Source: Nemertoderma westbladi (Eukaryota; Animalia; Xenacoelomorpha). Taken from it: a stretch of DNA of 35,930 nt. The notes beneath the pieces were generated by a model, which ran no database searches, was not told the DNA's origin, and saw only the letters and a program-made list of their open reading frames with translations. The stretch spans positions 1 through 35,930 of the forward strand of contig JAUCBJ010007795.1 of NCBI GenBank assembly GCA_032718475.1, given 5' to 3'. Every line of letters starts with the position of its first letter. Positions within the stretch are counted from its first letter, which is position 1. A program made the position numbers and the translations under genes. Shown piece by piece: positions 12,579 through 24,155 of the stretch.

Positions 12579-13964
12579 TCATCCTCGGAACCTCCTTAAT
12601 CTCGGTCTCCTTTCCATGGGGGTCCGCTGTCTCCTTTCCATGGGGTCCGATGTCTCCTTTCCATGGGGGTCCGCTGTCTCCTTTCCATGGGGGTCCGATG
12701 TCTCCTTCTCATGGGGGTCCGCTGTCTCCTTCTCATGTGGGTCCGCTGTCTTCTTCCCAGGTGGGTCCGCTGTCTTCTTCCCAGGGGGGTCCGCTGTCTC
12801 CTTCCCATGTGGGTCCGCCGTCTCCTTCCCATGTGGGTCCTCTGTCTCCTTTCTATGGTGGTCTACTGTTTCCTTTCCATGGGGGTCCGCCGCACCATTG
12901 CCTCCGCTCTCGGCTCTGGAAACTCCTTTCTTCAACGACGACACGAACGGAAACTTGACGCGTATTTTGCCGTGCTTACGATTCTCTTTGTTCTCTTCAT
13001 CCGTATTGTCTTCTTCCCCATCGTCGGAAGTGGTATCACTGGCGTCGCTGGGCTCAGGCGTCTCGTCCAACAGCTCAGCGACCTTCATCGGACTCCCAAA
13101 CCGCCCCTTGCAAACGCTCCCTTGTTCGTTAACAATCTCTCCTACTTCGCTCGGTTGCTCTATATCCTCGCTGCTCGGTTTCTCCTCGTTCCCGTAGAAC
13201 TCCTCCCGGTACTGCACAAGGAACTCCATGACGTTGTCGTATCCGTGTCGCCTCGCCAACGGATACAGACAACCGGTGGGCCCGAGGCCGCGTCTCGTAC
13301 GGCAGAAGCTGCAGTTGCACAGATCGCGACAAGGGGGGCACCTCCAGCTGGGGTCCATGAGGGCTACGCGAGCTTCCTCTCCGTAGCGCTGTCGCAGACA
13401 CGGGCCGCAGAACTGACCCTGAACGCCGCGACAGTAGCCCGAACGACATATTGTTTTCGTGTCGATGGTTTTCTGCCGGCATTGATGGCAGGTTGTCCCG
13501 TTAATCGAGTCGTATACCTTCTTCCTCTGGGCGCTCAAATCGCAGACCATCGCCAGCATGTGTTGGGTCACCTCTTCCGGGGCCGGAGCTGGCACCGGGT
13601 TCATTACCCGTGGTAGCGGTCTCCACTTACGTTTACGCTCTAATCTTCTCATCTCCTTCTCTTCTGAATCATCCGACACGTAACCGCATCCGATTACGAG
13701 TTTGCACTCCGGCATGTCGCCAAACTCGAAACGGGAGGATCTCGTTGAACGCTCGGGGTTTCTTCGGATTATACGCGGTTCACTGTGAGCATCCATGTGA
13801 AGGCGCGCCCGTTTCTTTGTCGGTGTCGACGGCGGTGTAGGAGGTTTACTTGATGCATCCTGCCTCTTAAACTCGGCCAATAGATCGTCAAGCATGGCTC
13901 TGTTATTCGCCACATTTTCCAGACGCCGTTTCTCGATGTCACTCAGAACATCTTTCAGTCCCAT
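12579..13964 (-). CDS. CDCA7: Cell division cycle-associated 7-like protein (zf-4CXXC_R1 domain)
   Basis: N-terminal EKRRLENVANNRAML and RRNPER motifs; zinc finger TCHQCRQKT...FCGPCLRQRYGE...WRCPPCRDLCNCSFCR. The C-terminus may extend to 12478 if a 1-bp indel is corrected. Confidence 0.9.
   Translation of the reverse strand: MGLKDVLSDIEKRRLENVANNRAMLDDLLAEFKRQDASSKPPTPPSTPTKKRARLHMDAHSEPRIIRRNPERSTRSSRFEFGDMPECKLVIGCGYVSDDSEEKEMRRLERKRKWRPLPRVMNPVPAPAPEEVTQHMLAMVCDLSAQRKKVYDSINGTTCHQCRQKTIDTKTICRSGYCRGVQGQFCGPCLRQRYGEEARVALMDPSWRCPPCRDLCNCSFCRTRRGLGPTGCLYPLARRHGYDNVMEFLVQYREEFYGNEEKPSSEDIEQPSEVGEIVNEQGSVCKGRFGSPMKVAELLDETPEPSDASDTTSDDGEEDNTDEENKENRKHGKIRVKFPFVSSLKKGVSRAESGGNGAADPHGKETVDHHRKETEDPHGKETADPHGKETADPPGKKTADPPGKKTADPHEKETADPHEKETSDPHGKETADPHGKETSDPMERRQRTPMERRPRLRRFRG
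12604..12890 (-). repeat. 24-bp coding minisatellite (DPHGKETA units) in CDCA7
   Basis: About 12 units of gggggtccgctgtctcctttccat-like sequence on the plus strand; one unit has 23 bp. Confidence 0.9.
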
Positions 13965-15792
13965 CGTACAGTCGTAGTACAGTAGTATCTCTCTCTATCT
14001 GTCTTTCTGATCCAATGACAATTAAAGGACAACAGCAGAACAGGATGTCGGATTACAGATTAAGCACTGAGTAATGCTGTAACGCTAGTCTGCTAGTTGT
14101 GGAACTGGTACCGGTACAACTTTCTTATTACCTGTATTACCTGATTACAGTATTATCTGTTAACGTTACTGTGGTAGCCAGGTAGCAGGGTAGCTGGCTG
14201 GCTGGTAGACTGCAAATTATCGCTGTCAAACTGTCAGACTGTTGTAGGCTGCAATGAGATTGAATTAGGCCTACTACTGTCAGACTGTACTAGAGTACCG
14301 GTACTACTTATGTCACACCTTGCAGGATCTAAGTTCGTTTTACCGATCCAGGATCACGAGCAGCAGGTGCATCACAACTAACAACAGCTGTTGGGATCAC
14401 AAATTAATTAGTTCAATGAAATGAGACAGCAGATAGGCAGACAGGTTGACTGATGTCCTTTCTTTAGTCATATCGTAAGCATATGATAGCACATTCGTGA
14501 TTGGTTGATTGGTTCAATCGTATTTGAGCTGTTCATATTAGCAAACTAGCTTACTTACTGGCATTACGTTCTTGAACTTAGCTATGGTTGGTTAATTTAT
14601 CCCTAATAAATCATTGGCCAGTGCATAAATAAAAATCAGTGTGATGGTAACACTAGAAAGGGCTAACGAAAAAAAAATGATTTTGACAAAAATACTTTTA
14701 AAGTTATTGTTGTAGTAAATGAAATTATGTTCACAATGCTTAATCATAATTAATAATCAATAAACACTAAACTTAAATAATCAATCATAATTTTATTATC
14801 ATAATTTGTTAACCAATAAACAGACGCTTCGAAAGATTTAGGATTGTATTCGGGCGAAAAACTAACAAGTATTAAGAATATTAATTATTTATATTTATAA
14901 TGTGGGGCGAGCCACGCAGTCAGGCCAGAGCCTTAACGCACAATTATAATAAGTAAATAGGGCAAAATGTCATGTGTTTATGTCTGTCTGTCATTCTATC
15001 TGTTCATATAATGAAAAATTCATTCGTAAATAACTTTTGAAGACTTTAACCATTTTCAACCAAATTTTGTATGGGCATACCAGAGAAAAAGCTCCAATAT
15101 TTTTGGCGGGCAAATACCTATCGAACTTTTGACTCCAGACAGCCAGATAAAATCGAACTTGCTCAAGTTCGCGTGCTGCGCGACGCCCCACGAACGTGTA
15201 TATATTGATATATGCCATAAAGTAGGCTTGAAATTTGGAGTTTATCTATCCACCCATAAATCGTGTAGGATACAGTATATCCCGCACATGTATGTACCAC
15301 ATACAGACATATCGCAACCTACGCTTACGCTATAAGTATTTTTATCCACCGTTCTATTCAATCCTCATGATTGTAGTGAGTTGGTTATTTTCGGTTATTT
15401 TGCTTAAGACCTGTACCGTAATACAGTAGGCTACTGCTTATATCTACTGTCTGACTGCTGGACTGGATGTTTCTGGTTTCATTCAGCCATTCTTATTTCA
15501 GTATTTTTATCACTTTATTCTGGGGAGAAATTCGGATTCGGAAATTCGAATTTTATTAGAATAGAAGTTGCAAAGAGTTATCTATCCCTTAGCTGACGCA
15601 CCAGAGCTGCTGCTGCACTCCCCAGCTCTCTCAGCAGACATCATCGAAACTCAAATCGTACGTTCGTTTTCGAAAGAAAGCCTTCCTTACCTTTCATATT
15701 ATACTCCTATATAATATATTGACTGACTGATATACACAAACTCTGTCTGATACTGCAATTAATAGCTCAGTAACTCTTATATTCCTGTTGCC
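13965..15792. promoter_or_regulatory. Divergent CDCA7/CSE1L intergenic region; possible bidirectional promoter
   Basis: Head-to-head start codons; E2F-like ttttggcggg (15101-15110) and gggcgaaaa (about 14852); tandem reverse CCAAT boxes near 14500; CpG-rich patch near 15170. Confidence 0.4.
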
Positions 15793-16887
15793 ATGGCTAC
15801 TCCTACGTCAAGTAATGTCGTTGCATTATCGAATTACCTGAAACAAACTCTATCGCCAGACAATAATGAGCGCAAAGCGGCCGAGAATTTCCTCAAATCG
15901 GTTGAAAGCAACGAAAACTTTGGTCTCCTCCTTCTCGAGACTATGCAACTGCCCCAAATCGAGGTGAACATTCGTCTTTCCGCTGCAATCACCTTCAAAA
16001 ACTTCATCCGTCGTAACTGGATTGCGGCAGACGACGAACCTAACAGAATATCTGAAGCAGACAGGTCCGCCGTCAAACAGCACATCGTAGACCTAATGCT
16101 GACATCCCCAGACCAAATACAGCGTCTCCTATCAGAGGCAATAAGCATTATCGGCCAGGCAGACTTCCCGGACAAATGGCCTTCACTAATCAACCTAATG
16201 GTGGATAAATTCAAATCTGGGAACATTACGGTTATTAACGGGGTCCTCTTCACGGCGCACTCGTTGTTTAAACGATACCGTCACGAGTTTAAATCGAACG
16301 CCCTGTGGACCGAGATAAAGTTTGTGTTGGACAACTTTGCCGCGCCGCTCACTGAACTTTTCAAACAACTGATGGTGTTAGCGGAGAAACACAATGGGGA
16401 TGCGATCAACCTTAAACTCATCTACAACTCGCTGTTACTCGTGGCTAAAGTGTTCAACTCGCTGAACGCTCAGGATCTACCGGAGTTCTTCGAAGATAAC
16501 ATGGCGGTCTGGATGGATAACTTCCACACGTTGTTAGTTACCGATAACCCGGTACTCCGGACTGATTCCGACGAAGAAGCCGGTCCTCGTGAGCTGTTAG
16601 TCACACAGATCTGCGACAACGTGGCGATGTACGCTAGTAAATACGGCGAGGAGTTCTCCTCGCAACTGCCTCGGTTCGTGGAGGCCGTCTGGAACCTCTT
16701 GGTGTCCACCGGCTCCGAGATTAAGTTCGATATCCTCGTCTGCAAGGCCATCCAGTTGTTGACCTTGGTGGCGGAGCGTTCCCAGTACGAGGGCTTGTTC
16801 AACCAACCTATGATACTGGAACTTATCTGTGAGAAAGTCGTCGTTCCCAACATGCGATTACGGGAGGTGGACGAGGAATTATTCGAG
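15793..16887 (+). CDS. CSE1L: Exportin-2/CAS, coding exon 1
   Basis: Kozak gccATGg; importin-beta N-terminal domain; FKRYRHEFKSNALWTEIKFVL and QDLPEFFEDNM motifs; phase-0 donor GAG|GTTAGT after 16887 (365 codons). Confidence 0.95.
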
Positions 16888-17364
16888 GTTAGTAATTTTA
16901 TGTTAATCGAATTACCGGATTGATTGGATTACATTACATATCTACAGTGGTTATACATTCTCGTAGAAAGAATCCCCCTCTCATTGTACATTTGTATTTT
17001 GTATCAGCGATGCAAAACAAACAAACTAGTAAATAAATTAGTTTGTCACAAGATTCACAAAATTGAAGATATTCAAGATACTACCTGATTTCTACAAATA
17101 AACTTCTAACATTTAAAATATATGCCAAATTACATCAACAAGTAATGATTGTAAAATAGAGGCAGTGGTGGGCGGGGGGGGGGGGGGGGGGGGTACTGGG
17201 CGCAAATCCCATCTCGGCGAATTAATATTACGTGTGATCGGCGCGTTAAAAAATAAAGAATCTCAGATTGTGGGTAAATAATTTACGTCTGTTATCTACA
17301 TATAATACAATTATTATAGGAAGGGATCTAGGGGGTCTTAACCTCGAATGATAAGCTTATTTTA

Positions 17365-19218
17365 TAATAATAATATAATAATAATAATAATAATTAAAAT
17401 ATTTATATAGCGCCTTTCCTAAATTAAGAGCAAGGCGCATGGCACTGTTAAAATGTAGGATTGCTAAAAAATTAGATAAAAACAGTTTAATTAAAAACGG
17501 ACATTGATAACATCGTGTGAACATGATTATGCAGATTTACTCGTACTCCAGGTGGAAGTAGTGTGTTTTTAGCCTCGACTTAAAAACCGCGATGGTTGGT
17601 GATTGTCGAACGTTGATTGGCAGTTTGTTCCAAATAGTCGGGGCAGCAACTGAGAAAGCGCGCTTGCCGTAGTGCACCATGTTGAATCTAGGGATCACCA
17701 GCAGTTCGTAGTGGGATGACTTCAGTGACCGGGAGGGCGTGTAGGGTGACAGTAGATCTCGCAGATATACTGGTGCTGTTCCATTCAGACACTTGTAGGT
17801 AATCATAGCAATTTTATAGTCTATCCGACGTTGCACTGGAAGCCAATGTAGTCGCATTAGTACAGGGGTCATTCGTTGCCTGTCACTTTTCTTGAGACCA
17901 ACTAAAAGACGCGCCGCACAGTTCTGCACATATTGTAGCTTTTTAATGGAATCAGTCGGAAGACCGTAATAAAGGGAGTTGCAGTTGTCCAATTTACTTG
18001 TGACAAGCGCATGAATCAAAATCTCAAGATTATCTTTGGATAAATAGCGCTTAATTTTTCCAAGATTCCTGAGGTGATAGAATGCTTCTCTGACAGTAAT
18101 TCCAATGTGCTTGCGGAGTGTCAGATGAGAATCGATTTCAACACCGATATTACGCGCAGTTGCGCTACAACCAATAGTCTCGGAACCGATTATCACGTGC
18201 GGGGATTCAACTTGTTTACCGAATTGCGACTGCAGCATGACCACTTTAGTCTTATCTGAGTTCATCTTTAAAAGATGTGAGTCCATCCATGCTCGAACTT
18301 CGGAAAGGCACTTTTCAGTGATATCCACTGCATCATTCAGGTTTGATTTCTTAAATGTTATGTATATTTGAGTATCATCTGCGTAGAGATGTAGGGACAG
18401 TCCGTATTTCCTTATCACATTTGCGAGTGAACGTGTATAAATAGTAAATAGTATTGGGCCAAGTACTGATCCTTGTGGGAGGCCGTATCTTAATTGCTGA
18501 GGTTGAGAATATGAGTTGTTAATGCGTACTTGTTGTGAGCGGCCCAACAAGTAGGATCGAAACCAATCTAGTGCTGTCCCTGCAATGCCGATCTCATGTT
18601 CCAGAGTATTTAATAAGATACTGTGTTCGACAGTATCAAATGCAGCACTGAGATCGAGCATTATTAACAGTACTGCACAACCATCATCAATTCCCCTCAG
18701 AATCTCATCGCTGACCCTAAGGAGTGCAGTTTCGGTTCCATGGAATGGTCTATAGGCACTTTGCATAGGCTCGTGTAGATTATGTAAGTTCAGATGGAGC
18801 ATCAGTTGGTTTGCAACAGCTTTTTCAACTAACTTCGAAATGAACAAGAGGTTTGAAACAGGTCTAAAGTTTTTCAGTATCTCGGGGTCAAGGCGTAGCT
18901 TCTTGATAATGGGATTGAGCACAGCTTCTTTAAATAATGATGGGAATGTAGCAGTTGTGAGTGATAAATTAATTATCATTGTAATGACACTTAAGAGAGT
19001 TGTAAGGTATTGCTTCACAATATGTGTAGGGAGTGGATCACGGGGACTGGATTTGGGTTTTGAATCTTTGATAAGCTTGGCAACATCATCAGTTGATATT
19101 TCCTCGAAGTGATCAAGTTTTGGTACTGAAAAAGAGAATTGAGAGTCAGTTGGGCTACAATACTCTTCATCAGGGGCTACCTTGGCCCCAACCTCAGATT
19201 CAGCACTTTAGATTCAGC
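17365..19218 (-). mobile_element. 5'-truncated L2/CR1-group LINE with intact RT ORF (17537 to about 19200)
   Basis: LDLSAAFDTV, PQGSVLGP, YADD and LHWLPV motifs; 3' end ggcgctatataaat plus (TAT)n tail; 6-bp duplication atttta at 17359-17364 and 19219-19224. Confidence 0.92.
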
Positions 19219-19271
19219 ATTTTACCGAAAATAACTTATCTTTTATTGCCGCAATTGTAGGATTGTTCGAA

Positions 19272-19325
19272 TCCGACACCACGCTGATGAGACCCAGTAA
19301 GGTCGAAACGTGTACGTGGTTTGGA
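19272..19325 (+). ncRNA. Minimal type I hammerhead ribozyme
   Basis: Stem I ACCACG(19278-83)/CGTGGT(19315-20), extended by TCCGA/TTGGA; core CTGATGA 19284-90; stem II GACC-cagtaa-GGTC; GAAA 19305-08; minimal stem III AC-GT-GT; GUA triplet, predicted cut after 19314. Confidence 0.85.
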
Positions 19326-19607
19326 GAGATATGAGATATTAATTTCAAGAAAAATTACGCGATTCCTAAATTTGTACACTACCGGGTTAAAAAGTACGCA
19401 TGTGATGGGATTAGTCCTACAATTGCGCCAATAAAAGATAAGTTATTTTCGGTAAAATAAGCTTATCATTCGAGGTTAAGACCCCTAGATCCCTTCCTAT
19501 AATAAATGTATAATAAATAACAAATACCTCGATAAATACAGCTTGCCAACACATTGTTACTATCTAAATGACTTATGAAATAACTGTCTTTTTATTTAAT
19601 TTCACAG

Positions 19608-21464
19608 GACAATCCTGAAGAGTTTATCCGACGGGATATCGAGGGGTCGGACGTTGACACCCGTCGACGGGCGGCGTCCGACCTCGTCCGGGGTCTATGC
19701 CGGAACCACGAGGGCCGGGTGACCGAGGTACTCGGTGGCTACGTGATGGCCATGCTGGCGGAGTACTCAAAGAGTCCCGCCACCGCATGGAAGGAGAAGG
19801 ACGCCGCTATATATCTGGTGACGTCATTGGCGTCGCGCGGGGCAACGCAGAGACACGGGACGACGCAAGCGAACCAGTTGGTGAACGTCGGAGAGTTTAC
19901 GACGACTCACATCTCTTGCGAGTTGGACGTCACTCACGGGGTGGATAAATTGTGTATCTTACGAGCTGGTTGCATTAAGTACCTCGTTATATTCCGTAGT
20001 ATCCTAAGTAAGGAGATTCTATTGGCGCATATCGGTCGCGTTGTATCGCACATGGGCTCGAGTAGCGCGGTGCTTAGCAGCTACGCGTGCCACTACGTCG
20101 AGCGACTGCTCACGGTGCGAGCTCGAGCCGGTGAGCCCAGGAGTAGTGCCGCTCTGCTCGGTTCCGCCGACCTGGCGCCCCATCTGTCCTCGTTGCTCGC
20201 CGCCCTGTTCGCTACGCTCCGTCGCCCCGGCTGCGACGAGTACGCGATGCGTTGCGTCATGCGAGCGGTGAGCGCGGCTCGGGACGCGGCGCTCCCGTTG
20301 GCTCGCGAGCTAGCCGAGCAACTCATCGCCAAACTCATCGTCGTCGTACACAACCCGACCAAACCCAACTTCAACCACTACTTATTCGAGTCGATCGCTT
20401 TAGTCTTCCGTATCTCCTGCAAACAATCGAACAAACAGTTTCTAGAACAGCTCGCAACCATGGAGACTCTTATATTCCCCGCGATCGACCTAATCTTCCA
20501 ACGCGATGTCACCGAGTTCATCCCGTACGCTCTCCAGCTGTTGTCTCTCCTGCTGGAATGCCACCCCCCGGGGGACATCCCCCCCGGGTTCGCCTCCCTG
20601 TTCCCCCCATTACTCCAACCCGTACTCTGGGAGCCCCCCGCCCACATCAACCCCCTCACCCGGCTACTCAAGGCCTACGCCTCCAAGGAGCCGAGTTTGT
20701 TCGCGGACGATCAGGTCTTCGAGGCCTCTCTGGGGGTCTTCCAACGACTCGTGGTATCCAAGCGACACGACGGGGAGGGTTTCGCTCTGATTGGCTCGTT
20801 GGTTGAGCACCTCCCCGACCGAGTATTCGCCGTTCTGAATCCGCTGTTTAACGTCGTGTTCTCCCGTCTCCAGCAGAGTAAAACCGCCAAGTTCGTCGTA
20901 CATCTAATCGTGTTCATCTCGAAACTCGTCGTTAAATTCGGGCCTTCCAAGGTTATCGGCGTTATCGATGACATCCAGGCCGGGTTGTTCTCCATGGTCG
21001 TTGAGAAGGTTCTAGTGGTTGATATGCAGAGAGTTAGCGGAGCGACTAATAGACGACTGGTCGCGTACGCCACCACGCGGCTACTCTGCGAATCCAACGA
21101 GTTAATCTCGGGTACCTACAGCGGCCTGTGGGTGGCGCTACTCCGCGCCGTCATTCAGCTGTTCGAACTCCCGGAGGAGCCGATCGCCTCCCCGGAAGAG
21201 GATCACTTCGTGGACCTGGAAGAGACCCCCGGGTACGAGACGACCTACTGCGAGCTCGCCTTCACCGGGCCGGCCCCCCCTAGCGGCGGCGACCCGTACA
21301 CCGGGTTGCCCGAGCCCAAGGATCATCTCGCTCACTCGCTCGGTAAGCTGGCGCGCGCCAACCCCGGCCTCGTCGCCGCCCGAATATCGGCCTCCGGTCT
21401 CGGGGATTTTAATTCGAGTCCTATTCGACGTTATCTCGCTGCCACCGACGTACAACTAGCCTAG
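19608..21464 (+). CDS. CSE1L: Exportin-2/CAS, coding exon 2
   Basis: Acceptor tttcacag|GAC; joins to give [47 protein letters not shown] and DVTEFIPY motifs; spliced protein 983 aa. Confidence 0.95.
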   Translation, partial: [618 protein letters not shown]

Positions 21465-22439
21465 CGGTCGTTCAAACGGTTTGGAATGTTTCTATTGCGA
21501 TTTAAACTCGACTATAGTTTCACTAAATAAACCCATCCGAGATTGGGAGTGGGGTGGCGCTGACATGACGGTAAGCGAAGATGGAGAAGTGGTTACTAAC
21601 TATGCAATGATGCTTTAATTAATCTATATTATCGTAATATAATAAGAACATTACCCCCCCCCCCCCCCCCCCCTCCCCCGTCCCCCAACCCATACACCAA
21701 TAATTATGAAATATGAAACAGACTGCGACGTCATATTATTTAACTTTAATTTGGACGGTAAAAATAAATAACACTAAAACCTATGTTATTAAAAATAAAT
21801 TATTTTCTTATAATTAATCACTAAGACAATTGTTTTTTGGTATTTAGGTAACCGTTATTAAAGCAATCGATCACGATATTTTGTACTAAATAGTAAATAT
21901 TATTTAACCAAATTATAATAATTGAAAACGAAGCTGAATTAAAATGAAACTACATTCGTGCTATTTTCGTTTTTTTTGCAGTCAGTTTCATATTGTACTC
22001 GCTACAGTTATTTTAGTGTGAGAGTATTGTGTATATGTACGTATTAGTGGTTTTACACTGTGCTAAATAAATATAAGGTATTTATTACGTTATACTGTAA
22101 CCGTTTTGTGGTTATGATGGGTCTGCTACTGTGCAATTGAAATAGAATGTTTCGTTTATAAACGTGTAATAAAACAGACAGAAATAGTAAACGATCAATC
22201 ATTTGTTTTAAACAGGAAATCTATTGGGTCTCCAACTCATTGGAGACTATTATATTACTTTCAGTTTTCCCCTAAGCTATGCGGTAGCCGGTAGGTATTT
22301 ATTTTCTGATACACAGAGACTGACTTTTGTAAAACCGCCCTAGAATAATCATACCCGTTCGCTGATAGCTCACTAACCGTTCTGACTTACCCCGCATACT
22401 AAGCATGGTGGAGAGCACTGCCGATCAGAATTGTCAGGC

Positions 22440-24155
22440 AAGAGTGAAAAGTGCAAGACGCATGCAATTGGCCTGTTGATTCTCAATTATATTAGTCAGC
22501 TAGAATATGCCTATAATAATGAGTTTAGTTATCTTAATTATCATATTTTTAATTAAAATTGGCTAATTAGAAAAATGGTAATATTTATCAAAATTCCATA
22601 AGATAACTTTTAAAGAGCTTCCAAAGCTCGTTCGAATGAGCTAAAAACGAAAACAAATTTTTGAAAAATGACGGAGGAGTAGTAATTTGAAAATGAAAAA
22701 TTTTATTCCGAGAAAATGCCCTTCAAAGTTTAAACCGTCCCGCCAAAATTGGCTTCCTGTGTTCTGATTGGTTAATTATTTCTGGCACGAAGGATGCTCA
22801 CCAACGAGCTAAAGTGTTCATTACGGGGGTTTTCGGGGTCGCTGAATTCATTTCCGATGTCAGTTTTAATTTTTGGTGGAACCTAGTCTGTCAGTCTTCT
22901 GTCTTTCTTACAATTTGACGGACAGACCGTCATACGGAAAAACAGTGATAACTCGAGAACTGAAAGAGGTCTCACTAAGCGGTTTTCAGATTTGTGATCC
23001 TCATTAAATTCTGCTCTAGGTGAAATAAAGAAACAACAATTTTAATATTTTACCTGAGGGGGGTATACCCCCCCCCCCCCCCCCCCCCCCCCTTAAGTTT
23101 AAAGCGCCATTTCTGTTTATCTCACATTTAATCGGATGTTAGTAAAAAAAAATATATATTTTCTTTTTATTATCTCATTATGTCCTAAAAATTGTATGGA
23201 GATTTCAAATATACAATCGGCTTCGTCATATCTTTTTTCGTTTTTCGGTGATATTTACCGAAAAGTAAGGGACACTCAAAAATTGTTACAATACAAAAGT
23301 TGCAATTTTCAGAAATTTGAAATATACACTTAATAAGCTCTGATTCACAATCTACATAGGTTTTGTGGGGTGCCGAATGCCATGGTAATATTTATTAAGC
23401 GACTGGATGGACGACGGCTGTAGTATTATTCGTTGGGTGCGAATTTTTTCACAGCATGAAAATTTCAATATTTTGAGGAAAAGTAGGTTCCATTGGTCTC
23501 TTTGTGTTTTACTTAGATCGGTTAATTCCTCAACACAAAACCTATAAAAACAAAAAGCTGAAATTAATACTATTCAACAAAATTACAAGAAATCGAAAAT
23601 GTGAAATTTTGGTGCTGTCACCAACTTTTTGCACCCAGTATAAAGTAGCAGTTCCATTGGTCTGTTTTTTACTTGGATCGGTTAAATTCCTTACAGCAGA
23701 AAACTTATAAAAAACTGAAATTAATATATAATTCAATAAAATTTCAATAAATCGAGAATTTGACATTTTGGTGCGAGCACCACCTTTTTGCACCCAGTTA
23801 AAAGGAGTATTTTTGTTTCCCTGGTAGTATTATAATTATTTCAGTTGAATTCGCCTCCCAACAAAAAACTAGAAACCCAGAATAAAGATCTTTGAATGAA
23901 AGTTCATAAAAAACCGATACAATTTGAAATTGAAATTCCATGTTGGCATGCATACCAGCTTCAATTTACTCCACTTAATTCGCATTTATCATGGATCCTT
24001 TAACACAAATTACGTCATAACTTGGTCAAAAACTATCATGATCTCAATTTGGTATCAAAATGACCGCCGTTTATAAGGGAAATACAATTCTACAATAAAC
24101 ATAAATTCGAAAATTTGAACTCAAGGCCGCTTTCTTTGGACACTGACACCCTTGC
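22440..24155. mobile_element. Possible degenerate non-autonomous DNA transposon with an internal ~160-bp tandem duplication (about 23487-23800)
   Basis: Weak end similarity (caagagtg.../...cacccttg); two copies of gttccattggtct...tttttgcacccagt; no clear TSD. Confidence 0.3.

Larger units (their letters stand above)
17303..19555. mobile_element. Inverted-repeat, Penelope-like (pLTR) element in the CSE1L intron, split by an L2 LINE
   Basis: 17303-17364 plus 19225-19262 together are the reverse complement of 19415-19511; a hammerhead motif lies between the arms; related sequence at 30566-30655. Confidence 0.6.

Noticed and set aside
12502-13616. Long plus-strand ORFs (231 aa, 317 aa) opposite CDCA7
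   Set aside because: Shadow ORFs from GC-rich coding DNA and the stop-free 24-bp repeat.
19697-21455. Multiple overlapping or antisense ORFs within CSE1L exon 2
   Set aside because: Explained by high GC; no recognisable motifs.
22405-22440. ATG in good context as first exon of the MRTF-like gene
   Set aside because: Only a GC donor in phase 0 is available, incompatible with the phase-1 acceptor at 24284.
17173-23092. Poly-G/poly-C runs at about 17173, 21654 and 23067 as G-quadruplex elements
   Set aside because: Simple homopolymers of unreliable length with no supporting context.
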